A DNA stretch of 63,952 bases, filler included, from Pelomyxa schiedti (Eukaryota > Protista > Evosea): NCBI GenBank assembly GCA_020536535.1. It is 9 parts of 9 records of this genome, joined end to end, with 100 filler letters (N's around TTAATTAATTAA, not from the genome) between each part and the next. Parts side by side here need not be neighbours in the genome. Positions count along the whole stretch, not along the records: positions 1 to 25,792 come from JAHLWZ010000597.1; 8 more parts are not named here. One strand, 5' to 3'. The notes beneath the pieces are model-generated. The model saw only the letters and a program-made list of their open reading frames with translations, was not told the origin of the DNA and did not search any database. This document shows, one piece after another, positions 9,131 to 21,992 of the stretch. The position numbers and the translations under genes were made by a program. The first letter of the stretch is position 1; the number at the start of each line of letters is the position of its first letter.

Positions 9131-10444
9131 TTACTGCTTTTTTTCGTGGATCATGGAAGCCCAAAGACCATCAAAACCACAAATCTCAGGGAATGGGAGG
9201 CACAACACAACGGCACCAGAGGATGCCTCGATCACCTTCACTTGTTTGTTCCCAGAAGTGAAAATGAACCCCGACCCTGCAACAGCCACACAGAAATGAT
9301 TGCCTTCGTCCGGTACACTCCTCACCAGTGCTGTTGCGTCACCGTTGCCACAGTCCCACAATTGATACATGTGGGGGCCTTTCCCGAAGGTGACACACAA
9401 CAGTGAGTCACTCACGCGGTACACTGCACGTGGCCTCTCTTTTTTATCGACCAGTACACTCACTGCACCACTTCTCTCTTCGGCTTCCACTATTTCATGC
9501 ACAGGTGGGCGCCCTGCCTTCACTCTGCCGTTCACAATGAAGCACCGTGACCCGCTCCTTCTCTTCATTGGCAACACTGGCCCCACCAAAAACCCTGGGG
9601 TTGGAAAGGTGCACGCTGTGTCACTCAGGATCACCAAGCTCTTTGATTGAAATGTGCTCCCAACATCCACGATGAGGAACCTGCTCTCCCTCGGCACCCT
9701 TCCCGACATTACAACAAGCAGCTCATTCGAGCTAGACTGCGAAAATGACATCGAGTCCACACCCTCTCCACTCCACCCGCACTCCTTGATTTGAACAGCA
9801 ACACCAGACACGTCAGCCTTGGGATCATCACCACCAATGAGGCTCATTATAACAACTCCAATTGTTCCCGTGCACTCCCCGCCACCATCGACGCCATCGC
9901 AGGTCGTTATCACGAACCACATGTGGTTCGCAGCGCTGGGCACTCTCCGGAACCCAGGCCTCCTCTCAGCCAGGCACCTCTCCTCGCCAGCCGAGTCGCA
10001 CAGAAACCACTGGTGCAGGTACGGCGGCGGCGGGTCCAGCGACCTCACCTCCTCCACCCAGCGAGACCCGCCCAGCCACGCCACCGCCCCGCGCCCTGGG
10101 GTGCTTTTCCCTGGCCCCACGAGCTGCGGGTCCCGGGTGAGCCCCAGCAGCACCGCGGACACCGAGAAGGCATGCAGCCGGCTCCTGGGCCACCCGCTGG
10201 GGGTGAACCACTCCCCGAACACGAAGTCTGTGGCGGTATCGGTGACGAAGGACCAGAGGAGCCTGGCGATGAGGCAGCCGCTGGTGGCGAGTGCGCCGGC
10301 GGCGCCTGGAGGAGCCATTCGTGAGCCGCAGCGTGGGTGGGCCCCTGTCACAAACGCCAAGAGTTGGTCCTTGGCTCGAATCCACACGCCTTCACCACTA
10401 TAACTACAACAACCCTGTTGCGTGTGGCTTCTTGTTGACTGCAT
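9131..10444 (-). CDS. Intronless lineage-specific family protein (HPRCG motif)
   Basis: 437-aa ORF with RAKDQLLAFVTGAHPRCGS; paralogue of 6366 and 7917. Confidence 0.85.
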   Translation of the reverse strand: MQSTRSHTQQGCCSYSGEGVWIRAKDQLLAFVTGAHPRCGSRMAPPGAAGALATSGCLIARLLWSFVTDTATDFVFGEWFTPSGWPRSRLHAFSVSAVLLGLTRDPQLVGPGKSTPGRGAVAWLGGSRWVEEVRSLDPPPPYLHQWFLCDSAGEERCLAERRPGFRRVPSAANHMWFVITTCDGVDGGGECTGTIGVVIMSLIGGDDPKADVSGVAVQIKECGWSGEGVDSMSFSQSSSNELLVVMSGRVPRESRFLIVDVGSTFQSKSLVILSDTACTFPTPGFLVGPVLPMKRRSGSRCFIVNGRVKAGRPPVHEIVEAEERSGAVSVLVDKKERPRAVYRVSDSLLCVTFGKGPHMYQLWDCGNGDATALVRSVPDEGNHFCVAVAGSGFIFTSGNKQVKVIEASSGAVVLCLPFPEICGFDGLWASMIHEKKQ

Positions 10445-10506
10445 TTTTGGTTCTGTTGCGAAACATCACTTCGCAGAACGCGACGTACGTGATATCAACG
10501 ACAACG

Positions 10507-13500
10507 ATGGACGATGTGTCGGTCCGGGTCCACGAAGCAGAGGAGAGTGAGGACACGGGTGGGACAAGTGCTGATATCCTCTGCTTCGTCGTTGGCCCCG
10601 ATCTCCTAGTCAACAGGCTCCTCGAATCCGTCGCTCGTACAGGCTCCTTTATGCTGCTGCCAAAGAGCGATCCTCCCATAATGGCCGTCATGCGGACGCA
10701 GCCCTCCCCCAGCCCCACCGCCACCGGCGTTGCGGACGTGAACAACCCCGCGATGTCTTCATCGTCCTGCTCCTACACTTCCCCGTCAAAAACGTCGATG
10801 ACAACAGCTGCTCCGTCGAGGCACAAAACCGGGGAACGCGACGCCGACGATTTGACGTCCCTTGTCCCGCTGTGCAACGAGGTGTCATTATGGGACCCAA
10901 CAAACATCCAAAAAAATCGGTATGTTTTCAAACGTTGCAACCGGGGAGATAAACTGACAAGGGTGGCATCTGACGTACACCTTGAGTGTGTTTTGTCCCC
11001 CCTCCCTCATATATATTTATTTCTTATATTCCCAGTGAAATTTTTCATTTGTTTGTCTTGCCAGGCCAAATCCAAAAGCAATTATAGTGCTGCATACAGT
11101 GGAGGACAGGAATTCCTTCAAATTAATGCCCAATACACTGGAAGATTTGCTGGATTCATCCTCTGCTGACAGGATGTCTGATTCAAAGTGTCCACCAGTG
11201 AATGCCGGTGTGTTGGTGGTTGACTGCAGGGAATCACCCGGCGATACCGCCGATACTGACACAAACATCGTTGTGCACTCTCTGCAGGCTATTGAATTGG
11301 CATTTGCCGTATGTTTCACAACTTAAATGTTAAACCAGAGTTAATTTTCCCCCAGTTCTGTGCTTTCAAAATGCTCAAGTGGGCTCCAAAACCAGACACT
11401 CTGGGTGTACTTTTATCATTGGTATCAGAGGCCTCTCACCAATTGGCGACTGTGTGCTCAGTCACAAGGGATCTTTACTTCAGTGACTTCACAGTGGGAA
11501 CCCCACCTCCACTGCACACACCGTGCGTCCTGGATATCGCACAAGCCAATGCCACAGCAGCCCACGTGATAATGCAATTGGTGCACAATCACAGGCCACA
11601 GCTGCCATTCTTCAGTGTAACAATGGCACTTAGGACATGGGTCACAACAAAGAACTGGGATGCCGTTGGTGTTGTGTGCCTTGCTCGCTCTCTCACTCAG
11701 TCTGAGGACATCAACCTGTCTTACTTGGAACTGGAATCAGTCCACGGAACATTGAGGACTCTGTCATGCAGGACACTCGACCTCTCTGGAAACAATATCA
11801 CCAGTATACCCAAGTGGCTTGCTGAAATGCCCAATGTTATCTTTGGAAACACTCATTGGGCCCCATTTCGTCAGGAACAAGAAGATGTATTTCTGCAAAG
11901 TAGGAATTACGTGACAACAAACACACACAAACTCGTGTTTGTTGGTGACACTGCCGTTGGGAAGACCATACTTTTGAGGTGTATGATGGAGAATAAGAAA
12001 AAACTGACCACAAAGCACATCCACACTGGGCTTTCTGTGTATCACAAGGTCAGATTCAGAAGCAAAACAATACGTTGGACAGTGTGGGACCTTGGTGTGT
12101 GTTTATTTTTCTTCCCTTCACAGTTGTATAGTATATATTCAGACCCACAATACAGGAGGGGATTCACTGTCGCCGTTTCATCCCTGGTTCCTCCTGAGCA
12201 AGTCAATATTAATCCTGGTATTTGATGTTCGCAAGTCACTTGAAGTGGAGGAACCACGCAAGCCAAGTGTTTATCGCTGGATGAATGAAATCACAGTTTC
12301 AAGAAGCAGGGGTGACAAGACAAGAAGAGTCATTGTACCTGTTGGAACTCACATGGAGGGTATTGACGCAAAGGACCTCAAGGTGTACTCTCTTCTCGAA
12401 CCAATTGTCACCCATCAAGAAGTCCCATTTGCATTATTGATGCAACTTAGTGATGGGTCTGGATGGACGTGTGAGGACCGCCATATAAAAGAATGTGGGG
12501 GAAGAGGTGTTTCTTTACTCATTGCGCATCTTGAAGGCGCCACATGTGGTGATGGAATTCCAAACTCCGTTCCCCAGCAGTGGCTTGCACTCCACAAGGA
12601 ACTCAGAAAAATGAGGAAGAAAAGAAGAGTTTCAACACTGAGATGGTCAAAGTTTGTGAAACTTTCCATTCAGTGTGGACTTGCAGGAAGAACAAGGGAA
12701 ATTGAGGAGTGTGCACACTTTTTGGTATCCATTGGAACCATCATCCACTTCAGGTATCCTTTTTGGCTCCTGTCACCGAACCACCCTGGTGCAGCACCAT
12801 CACCTGGTCTCTCTGACTTGGTCATTCTGGAACCTGGTTCCTTTTTGCTTCAGCTCATTGAGGACACGAGCTTCTCAGGGAAAAAATCTACCTCAAGGTT
12901 ACTTTCCTCAGCAACAAGGGCAGCTCTTCCAGCAATTCTTGATGAGTTTTGTGGCCTTTACACTCTCCGTTCCAAGTCTGCAAACCTCTTTGAGGGAGAA
13001 TATCTTTCGCTATTCCCCCTGTCGCATACACAGCTCTCTTGTACAGCATTAACTGACAGTTTCCAGGCATCATCAGCAAAAGGCACAATAACCTCAAGTA
13101 GTGCTACAATTACAGGAAGATCAATTAAGTTCCCACAGTTTCCGCTACAAGTGTTCTTCAAAGCAATTTCCATGGCACTGATGTCTCTTCTCTCTGATGA
13201 GAATGGATGGGTCACAAAGTTTTGTTGGAGTGATACAATCTGGCTTTCACATTCTTGTCCGCATGAGGGAAAACTCCTGGAGAAAGTGTTTTTGTTCATT
13301 ACCTGCCGAGATGATACAGTTTCCATTTGCATGCGATCAGAGGAGTGTAAAATGCACTGGAACCTACCATTGCAACAAAGTTTCTGGGCTGGCCTTGTTG
13401 GCATTCTTCACCATTTCAGTCATTTAATGGTTTCTCACTTTGAGGAAGAAAGCGACCCATCGCAGTGGGTTGGCAACTACATTGAACTTTTCCCTTGCCC

Positions 13501-14717
13501 CCATTGCTTGCTGGAAGGCACTGCAGAGAAAGACTGGTCGGAGCCTCGCCAACCCTTTTCATTTCCAGCACACTTCTTTTATTTCGTTGAAAGTGACATC
13601 TTTGACGCAATGAAAAATACAGAAAACCAATTGACTTGTGGCTTGGGAACTTGCCCAGTTGACGTGGCGATGGTTGCCCCTGATCTCCTATTAAAGAACC
13701 CTAAATCAATTTCCCGTGGATCAGATACAGCGGACCTACTAGTAATCCCCTCTGAATTAAAGGAAGTATTTGGTAATGAAACCACCAAATGCGTCACTTT
13801 GGGTGAACTGCTTTCTCTACTCATTGGAAAAGGTACTGGAACCACCTCCGTTTTGGACCAAGTGATTCCGATAAGCTTGAGGATTAAAATTCTGTGGGAC
13901 TTGGTGTTGGGATTGGATTACCTCCACAAACAAAAGCCTCCCATCGTGCACGGCAAAATCTCACCAGGTTATTCTCCCTCTCTTTCCCCACATACCAAAA
14001 CAAACCCACCAAACAGATCACATTATCATGCTCTCACTGGATGATTCCGGAACGGGTCCCAGTGCAAAGGTGTGTGCATCAACTAAATAATAAATAAATA
14101 CTAAAGATAATACATTTTTTTAAAAATCTATCCTCAAAATTAGATCAAGGATGCTAATGGAGCTTCCAAACTCTTTGCCGGTAATTTAATAATGCCCGCA
14201 TCAGCTGTTATTTCACCGGCCGATGTGGAATTCCTTGCTCCGGAGGTTCTTTCCCGGTTGCCCTTTGACACTAAAGCTGATGTATGGAGCTTAGGTATTA
14301 ACTACCGTTTCTTTGCGCGACTTACGAATTCCAGGAATTACGGCATCACTGCTATTGGACCCTCTTAAAAAACCGTACACACACATCGCCTCAGACCCAA
14401 AATACACCTTGACAGAATACACCACATCCCATAACCCCGATTACCACCCCCGGCCTTACCCTGAGGCAATTGGCCGAGGCATTCTACGCGGTGACATCAC
14501 GCCATTCCCTAACACAACACCAATTGCCGGCACCGGCAATACCAGCAACCCCAACGCAGGTGATTGTGGGATGCACGAGCCACAGCAGGCTTATCTGAAC
14601 TTGGGAAAGCAGATAAGGACCATGTGCCTTGAGCCCAACCCCAAAGTCAGGCCATCGATCGACGCAATCCTGAGAATCCGGGACTACATCCTGACCACTG
14701 ATGATTTAGGAGAATGA
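10507..14717 (+). CDS. ROCO-family protein (degenerate GTPase-like N-terminus, short LRR, Roc, COR, pseudokinase)
   Basis: LRR LDLSGNNITSIP; P-loop KLVFVGDTAVGKT; spliced WDLGG; VGTH; COR VPQQW...FLVSIGTIIHF...CPHC...APDL; kinase C-lobe LDYLHKQKPPIVHG, FLAPE, KADVWSLG, RPSIDAI. All introns GT-AG. Confidence 0.85.
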
Positions 14718-14937
14718 CGGTTCCAACAACAATAAATGCAACGGCAGCCACGGCCGCAAATCTCTACCACCGCGGCAGCACGCATCGACGCAAGGGCGCA
14801 GTTTATTACGCTCAGCGGTGCAGTGCCAAAACAACAGAACAAGGTAGTTCTCAAGAATCCCAAATTCACTTTTCACTCTGGGGCCTTATTACGGAGCAGA
14901 AAAGCACACTCCAAGACTTGCGCCGTAGCAAAAAACA

Positions 14938-15010
14938 AGGCTCCAGTGGGAATCGAACCCGCGATCTTCGCTTTACGAGAGCGACGCTTTGCCAACTAAG
15001 CCATGAAGCC
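14938..15010 (-). tRNA. tRNA-Thr(CGT)
   Basis: Identical to 876..948, with a T6 terminator. Confidence 0.95.
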
Positions 15011-15054
15011 TTCACAGAAGCTCGAACCCTCCTCTGTGCATCTTGAAGCAGATA

Positions 15055-15091
15055 ACCGAACATGAAATTGGTCAATAAAAATGCATGCCTG
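15055..15091 (+). promoter_or_regulatory. Conserved element upstream of tRNA-Pro (second copy at about 1015-1051)
   Basis: GAAC(A/G)TGAAAT(T)GGTCAATAAAA(A)ATGCATGCCTG is kept at the same distance from tRNA-Pro in both spacers, while the rest of the spacer is unalignable. Confidence 0.5.
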
Positions 15092-15109
15092 AAGATTCCT
15101 TTATGTCAA

Positions 15110-15180
15110 GGCTCTGTTGTTTAGTGGCAGAATACTTGTTTAGGGTACAAGTGGCCCCGGTTCGATTCCGGGCAGAGCCC
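15110..15180 (+). tRNA. tRNA-Pro(AGG)
   Basis: Identical to 1070..1140, followed by T5. Confidence 0.95.
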
Positions 15181-15229
15181 AACAAACTTTTTGCCCTCTT
15201 GTGCCCTTGTGTTTGTTTTCTTGCAACAG

Positions 15230-16224
15230 ATGTCGCGGTCGTACAACAGTGGTGGTGTTACGCAGACCACAGGCTCGGGAGGGGGCGTACAGCTGCAGCT
15301 GCCCTCAACTCAATCAACAAGGGTACCTTACGAGTTCCTGTCACCATCCAACACCCACAACCAGCAAATACCGTCAGCAAATAGGCCCCCCTCCAACGAG
15401 TACTACGAAGACGACGACGACGACGAGGAGGACTACGACCGGCCCGTTCACGCCACCCAGCAGCAGCCGCAGCGCGGCACCACCTCCCATAATAGAAACC
15501 GCGCCACAACCCAGCAGCAACAGCACAGGCCGCAGGTTCCCCAACAACAACAAAGGCAGGCTCCGCCCCAGCAGCAGCAACAACAGCAAGCCGCCCGACG
15601 CGGAGCAAGAGACGTGAAACCAACAACGCCAACAACACGCGGCGATTATGGGGCAGCCCAAGGCGGCGACGATGAAGAAAACAACGACGACGACGACGGG
15701 GAGGACGTCGAGGAGGCGCTGGCGATGATGGAGGAACAAAACAACACCCTCGCCGATCAGATCCAAGCACTCGAATTAACTCTGGATAAGCTACGGGTAT
15801 TAATTAATGCCAATGTAATTATACTTAATTCAGTTTGGGGACTAAATGAAATTTATTTATACTACTGTATCAGTTCATTTAGTTGATGTAAAGTTACGAA
15901 CATACTATGCACAAGTAATATGCCTAATACTAGGCTACTTTGTATTCAGTATTGTACCCAGACGTAACACCACAGCGTGTATCTAACAGCACCTTGCTTT
16001 AGGCTGTGCATGAACAGCAGTGCGAAGCTATCAACGTGATGCGGATGACCAAGACACACAGGCAACACTCAGTGCAGGGCGGTAGAGAACGCCTCCTTGA
16101 ACTCATCACTTCCCAGCAACAGCAACAACAGCAACAGCAACGCACACAACAACAGTCACAGCAACAACAACAACAGGCTCAGAAACCACCTACTCTACTA
16201 GGTTCCCTCATCCCTGGCTTCTGA
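15230..16224 (+). CDS. Q-rich coiled-coil hypothetical protein (2 exons)
   Basis: MSRSYNSGG...LDKLR|AVHEQQCEA...LIPGF*, with a GT-AG intron at about 15795-16002. Confidence 0.7.
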
Positions 16225-16350
16225 AATCAACACTAACCAGCAAATAACACTCCTCTCACCAGGAACACCTTTTCCAATTCTACAAACAAAACGTTTTAGA
16301 ATTAAAGAAATTCTTCCTTTCCACTTTGACAAAAGAATGTTGGTGTGTTT

Positions 16351-17869
16351 TCAGAAGAAAGTGTCATCACTGTTGGTGGTTTCTGCTGATGTGGATTCAT
16401 TGTTGTCCATTGGTGCATCTTGCTCCTGCTCTTCTTCTCCTTGTGGCTCCGGTTCGCTTTGGGCTGTTGGTTGTTCTGCCTCCAGTTCCGGTTGTGGCTC
16501 CGGTTCCGACTCTGGTTGCGGTGTCACTGAGCGTTCTTGTTTGATTGCTACTGGTTTGGGTTTGTGTTTAGGTGTTGCTACAGGGGCTGGTGCGGGTGTT
16601 GCAGGTGGTGCGGGTGTTGGTGCCGCAGTGGGTGCTGGTGGTGCTGGTTGTTTGGGTGTGACGGCGACGGTGGGTTTGGTGGGTTGCTTGGGAGTCAAGG
16701 AGATTGTAGGCTTGGTGGATTTGGGTGTTGTGGCGATGGTGGGTATTTTTGGAGTCGTTGAGATGGCTGGCTTGGCAGCGGGTTTGGTTGCGGTTGAAAC
16801 GATGGGCTTTGTGCTAGCTGGTGGTTGGGTCTGGGGAGCAGGGGCTTTTTTTGTAGAAACTGCACTTCTTTTAGGGGCTGGTGGTTGCGGTTGTGGTTCT
16901 GGTGGTGGGGCTGGTTGAGCTTCTTCCTGCGGTTGTGTCTCTGGTTGTGGCTGTGTCTGTGGTTGTGGCTCAGTTTGTTGTTCTGGTTGGGTTTCGGGTT
17001 CTGCGGGCATTACTGCTGGTACACTTGCGGCGCGATGAGTTGATTTCTTGGATTTAACTTTGCTTGCGGATGCAGGTGCTGGTGCAGGAGGAAGGCTTGG
17101 CGAGCTTGGAGTGGAACCTTCAGCTGTAGCTTTGTGAGATTTCTCCTTTTTGACAGGCTTTACTGCTTCCTTGGAAGGGGTTGCAGGTATCTCAGGCTGC
17201 CGCGGGCGTTTTCTGGTTTTCTCTGGATTTCCTTCTTTTGGCGTTGTGGAGTCCGATGAGGTTTCCACAGATTCCACGGAAGGGGTACCCTGCACATCAG
17301 GAGGAACGGGAGTCCTTGATGAGGTGTGGTGCCGAATTTTTTCTGTGTGGGGTTAATTATATTCATAAGTTTGTGCTCGTACTTGGGTGACTGGCCTCAG
17401 GTTCAATTTGATCTACCTTGCGGAGAGTGATACCCTTCGGGGTTTCCTGTCCCTCAGACCAATTTGCCTGCTCATAGAGAGATATCAAGTCTTGAAAAGC
17501 TTTGCTTGAAGAGGTATGAGACAAAAGAAAAGCTGAACAAGAAGCTTACCTAGTAATGAAGGGAAGTTTGCTTTTCACAGCAGAAATGACAGATTCGATT
17601 GTGCTTTTTGAGTGATTCCACTGGCAATAAGCAGCCTCAAATTCACGCAGTTCCGCCGTAACCCACTGCCGCGGCCTCACAACGAGCCGTGGTGCTTTTA
17701 GTCCCTTGACTGAAATTTTCCCAAGGGCGCCTGAGCGAATAGAGTTAACAATAAGGCTACCTTACATATGTAACGTAATTTAGATTTTAACAATGGTCAC
17801 ACCCAAGTAAGTTGTTACGGACTCCTTGTACTCGGCAAAGTCCTCCTCTGCCGCCTTTAGATCCGCCAT
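16351..17869 (-). CDS. Hypothetical protein with long P/T/K/E-rich low-complexity C-terminus
   Basis: ATG at 17869 (MADLKAAEEDFAEYKE), several short introns, and a large terminal exon (ORF 16351..17295). Confidence 0.65.
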
Positions 17870-18197
17870 CTGTGTATTAAAGGACGAAGGGTCAAAACAC
17901 AAGCTGACCGCGGCGGAAAAAAAAACAAAATGCACACCAACGCATCACGTGCCAGATCTTCCACTGCTCCTGTTGCCATTTACGCTCCCTACTACTACTA
18001 ACTACTCTAGTACGACTACGCCCGTACGCGTAAAGATCTCTCAGGCCTTTTTTCAGATCTACACAAAAAGAATCTGGCGCCAAATCAAATAGCGACCTGC
18101 AACTGCTGAGTTTAGAAAAATAGAAACCGCACCTAACCAAACCCAACAACTTGGCACCGCACCGCGCCGCTCTCACCAGTGCCGCGCGCTGTGACCG

Positions 18198-21100
18198 ATG
18201 CTCACCGAACCGTGCTGCACCCCCAAGCCGCCACCATCGGCCCGTGCCGAAGCACCCAGCGCGCCGAGTGACGAAGATGTGGTCGTGGTCGAGGAGGATG
18301 AGCCGTACGAGGTCGAGTGGGTGTATGTGACCGACGACGAGGATGATGGCGATCCGACCCATAATTTCGCCGGTGGTGGTGACCAACCAATGAGCGTCGA
18401 CGAAAGTACTTGCAGCGAAAGCGGCGAGATCTGCACCCACGACGACGTCTCGGCAGGTGATAATTCCGCGAGCAGCAATGACAGTCATAGTAGTAGTAAT
18501 GGCCGCAATGGAGGAACTCATGGGAATGTCAAAAATGGGACAGCGACTGCGAATGCGGATTTGAATCTGGACTTTAATGTGAATGCAATTGCAATTGCAC
18601 AAAATGACACCAACAAGACTGGCTGCCATCCTTCGGAGCAGAACCCACCAAACACATCACCAACACCCACAATCCATGTTAGCAATACCTCCGCTTTCGA
18701 GAATATACAGCAGCCTCCAATGGTTCAGTCACCACACATAAATCCACGAGAACAAGTATCACAAGCACAAGCACAAGCTCTGTGTGAAAACCGGCTTTCA
18801 CATACACAAATACCAACGCTACATAGCCAAATTCAGACACCCCAGATGGAATGCGGAGTACTTCTGCAGCCAGAAGTTCACGCACAGAATCTAGAGGCAC
18901 AGCAAACTGAAAGCAATGGACCTGGCCTTCTCACACATGGGAAAGAAAAACAAAACTCCAATAGTGGATGTAGAACCAACCTAAGAAGGATGCTGGAGGT
19001 GAGAATTGGTGCAATTCGAGAGAAGAGGAGTGATGTCAATATTCCGGAGATCAATACTCAGCTGCTGATTGGCGGGGGAGCCCCAGAGTCACAGACAAGA
19101 GCTAGAGACGAAGATAGAGGAGTCCAAGAGAAAGCACAACAAATGGCGAAAGAAAAGGAAGCAGTAATGCCGAGGGGATCAGAGAACGATTTCCACGGAG
19201 CAAATCAACTGGAAGTGACACACCCACAGCCATGCACAAAACCAACTAAGACAATACATGATGAACTCACTGATGCTATGTATGAAGTCATGGTACGCAG
19301 TCTGCCATCAAAGCCTTTGCCACTGACATGGGAACACGTATGTACCTTTTTATAATTTTTTTTAAATAACATTTGTAAGCTCAAGGTTCTGATGGCTACA
19401 GAAAATGGACTTCAAGAACTATCAGTCAAAGGTGAATCATAATGTCTTTCTTGCTCACATTGATTTTGTGCCCCAGATCTCATTAGTATTATTCGCCTCA
19501 TTCGCACTTGGTTTCCTCAAAATGAAGAGCTGAACCAGCTTAAATTGGCCCTCCTACCCACACACAAAGACACCTTGATCCAAGCACTCTGGAAAATTCT
19601 TCAGATTCCCAGTACTTCACCACCCTCCCAATGGCAGGTCGAATTAGCTGAGATGCTTGAGAAACGACCTTTAATGCCCAAACGGCCTGTTCCACTTGAA
19701 GGGCAAGTGTGTACTCATTCCCAGGACTCTCTCCAAATACGAGCAACACAACTACAAATTCTGCCACCACAACCATCAGCACACAACAATCTGGCTTCCG
19801 TACAAGTGCCACTTCCACTTCCTCTGCCAACGCCAGCAGCACCTACCCCAATTACGTTGGAGAAACCAACTCAACCTCAACCTCCACCACCAAATCCTCG
19901 GCCAATAATTCAACCTGCCATGTATTCCCAAATAGCACAACAAAACTTGCATACTCCAATGCAACACCCAATGGGATTCCCTTTTGTGTTCCCAATAGAA
20001 CATTCCCAAATGCCACTACCAACACCCCACCCTCAAGTACAAAACCCTCTCCTCCCAACACCGCAGCCCATGCCTCATCACGAAAAATCGCATCCAACCC
20101 TTTACCCTCACTTGCATCATCCTCAAATACCACCACCAAATGCCCCTCCCCAAATAAGACAGATCTTTCCTCCTCAAATGCCACAACCAATACCTCCTCC
20201 CCAAATGTTCCAAATGGCGCCTCCACACAGGCAACCAATGTTTCCTCCGCCAATACCACAACCAACGCAAATCCCACAACCAATGCCTCCTCCCCAGATG
20301 GCGCCTCCACAGAGGCAGCCAATGTTTCCTCCACAACTCTCACAGCCATCGACTCAACCTCAACAAACTCCACCACCTCCGGAAATTCTCGTTCAAATGT
20401 CATTTTTCCCCAATTCCACAACAATTGCACCTCCCCCTAATGGATCCACTTTTCCTCTATCAGGGAGCAGTTCACAATTCCCACTACACCCTACTGAGGG
20501 TGGATTCGCAGGAATAGCACACAATCTGTCCTCCTCTCTTCAATCAATGCCATTCACCAACATCCAGTTCATCAGAACGTATGCGGAGTATCAATAAGTT
20601 TCCAGACTCACATCTTGCCAGGCAGGACCCTTTCTTGGAAGAGGTGGGCCAAGTGACCAACTTTTCAGGACTGAATCGTATTTGCAAGGTATACACAGTT
20701 TGTTGTCACTCTGACTCATGGAACTTTAGATTAATATTTCCGACGTTCACTGGAAACAGATATCGGAAGGGCATTTCGTTCATCTCAGGCTGTTTCATTC
20801 CGCGAAAGGGGTCGACGTATCTCCTGCGTGGATAAGAGAAATACTAGTCAACAACTCCCGGCTACCAAATAGAGTATGTGTTCTCGCAGTCTACTTTGTT
20901 TAATTTCCAGAAGACAGCTCCTAAAAGACGTAAATCAGAATCAGCATTCATATTTTATTGCCCGCAAGCCATTGATATCACACGATTTCTGCAGCTGGGT
21001 TCTAATGTACTGATATTCACGTGGGCAGTAACAGAGACGCACGAACTGCAAAATGTTACAGGAGTTTTACAAATTCTAAGAAAGAGATCCACTCAAAATG

Positions 21101-21924
21101 CATGTGCGTATCAATATACCTTCTCTAACGGACTTGCATTAGATAATCTCATTGTTACCGAGAAAAAATACCTTCGCGGTACCAGTGAGCAAAAAGCAGA
21201 ACGATGATGAAATTCTTGAAGTCAATTTTCAAGTTTCTCTCATGTGCATGCTTACCCGAGGGAGGATAAGTGTTCCAGTCAAAGGAATCCGGTGTGAGCA
21301 TGCCCAGTGCATGGATGCTGCTGGGTATCTGGAGTTCTGCAATCAGATCAGGCTGTGGATGTGCCCTGTTTGCAACCAACCTTGCCCTTGTCAAGTATGC
21401 CCACCGCACTCCCACAATGCTCACCAGTTTCGGCAGGATTTGGTTGTTGACGAATGGTTCAGTGGTATTCTATCGCAGGTCACTCGAAAATCAATTAGTA
21501 GTGTTACCATCAACGCGGACGGCTCCCCTGTAATTCCCACAATTACCGGAGCAGGTTCTCCCTGAACCAATCAACCAACAAAGCTTAACTCATACTTACC
21601 ACATTCACAGAAGATTCCGATTCCGATTCCGGTTCCGACGGAGACATCCCACCCCATTCTAACACCGGCACCGCACGCACCACCCTACCAATAATAAAAA
21701 CAAAGCACAAACACCAACACCAGAATCACCAGCACCAGCAGTGGCAACAACAACACCAACAAACGAGGAGAACAGCACAACCTCCACGGCTAACTATCCC
21801 CACAAAAACAACTACCACAATCACAACCACCACAACCACAACAACCACAACAACAACTTCCAACAACCACAATACCAACCAACTCACCAGAGGTTCCCTT
21901 GTGTGCCCGATAGAAATAGATTAG
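18198..21924 (+). CDS. SIZ/PIAS-type SUMO E3 ligase (MIZ/SP-RING zinc finger)
   Basis: VSLMCMLTRGRISVPVKGIRCEHAQCMD...WMCPVCNQ...DLVVDEWF SP-RING, a Pro-rich middle, and SIM-like motifs (EDVVVVEEDE and C-terminal PIEID*). Confidence 0.85.
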
Positions 21925-21992
21925 TTTGGCTTAGACTACTAGTAGCCGGCTAATTATTTTATTTACTTCTCGGAAGGGTGGTTTTTTCGTCG

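Noticed and set aside
5397-10403. Many long antisense or alternate-frame ORFs
   Set aside because: Shadows of GC-rich, stop-poor coding regions.
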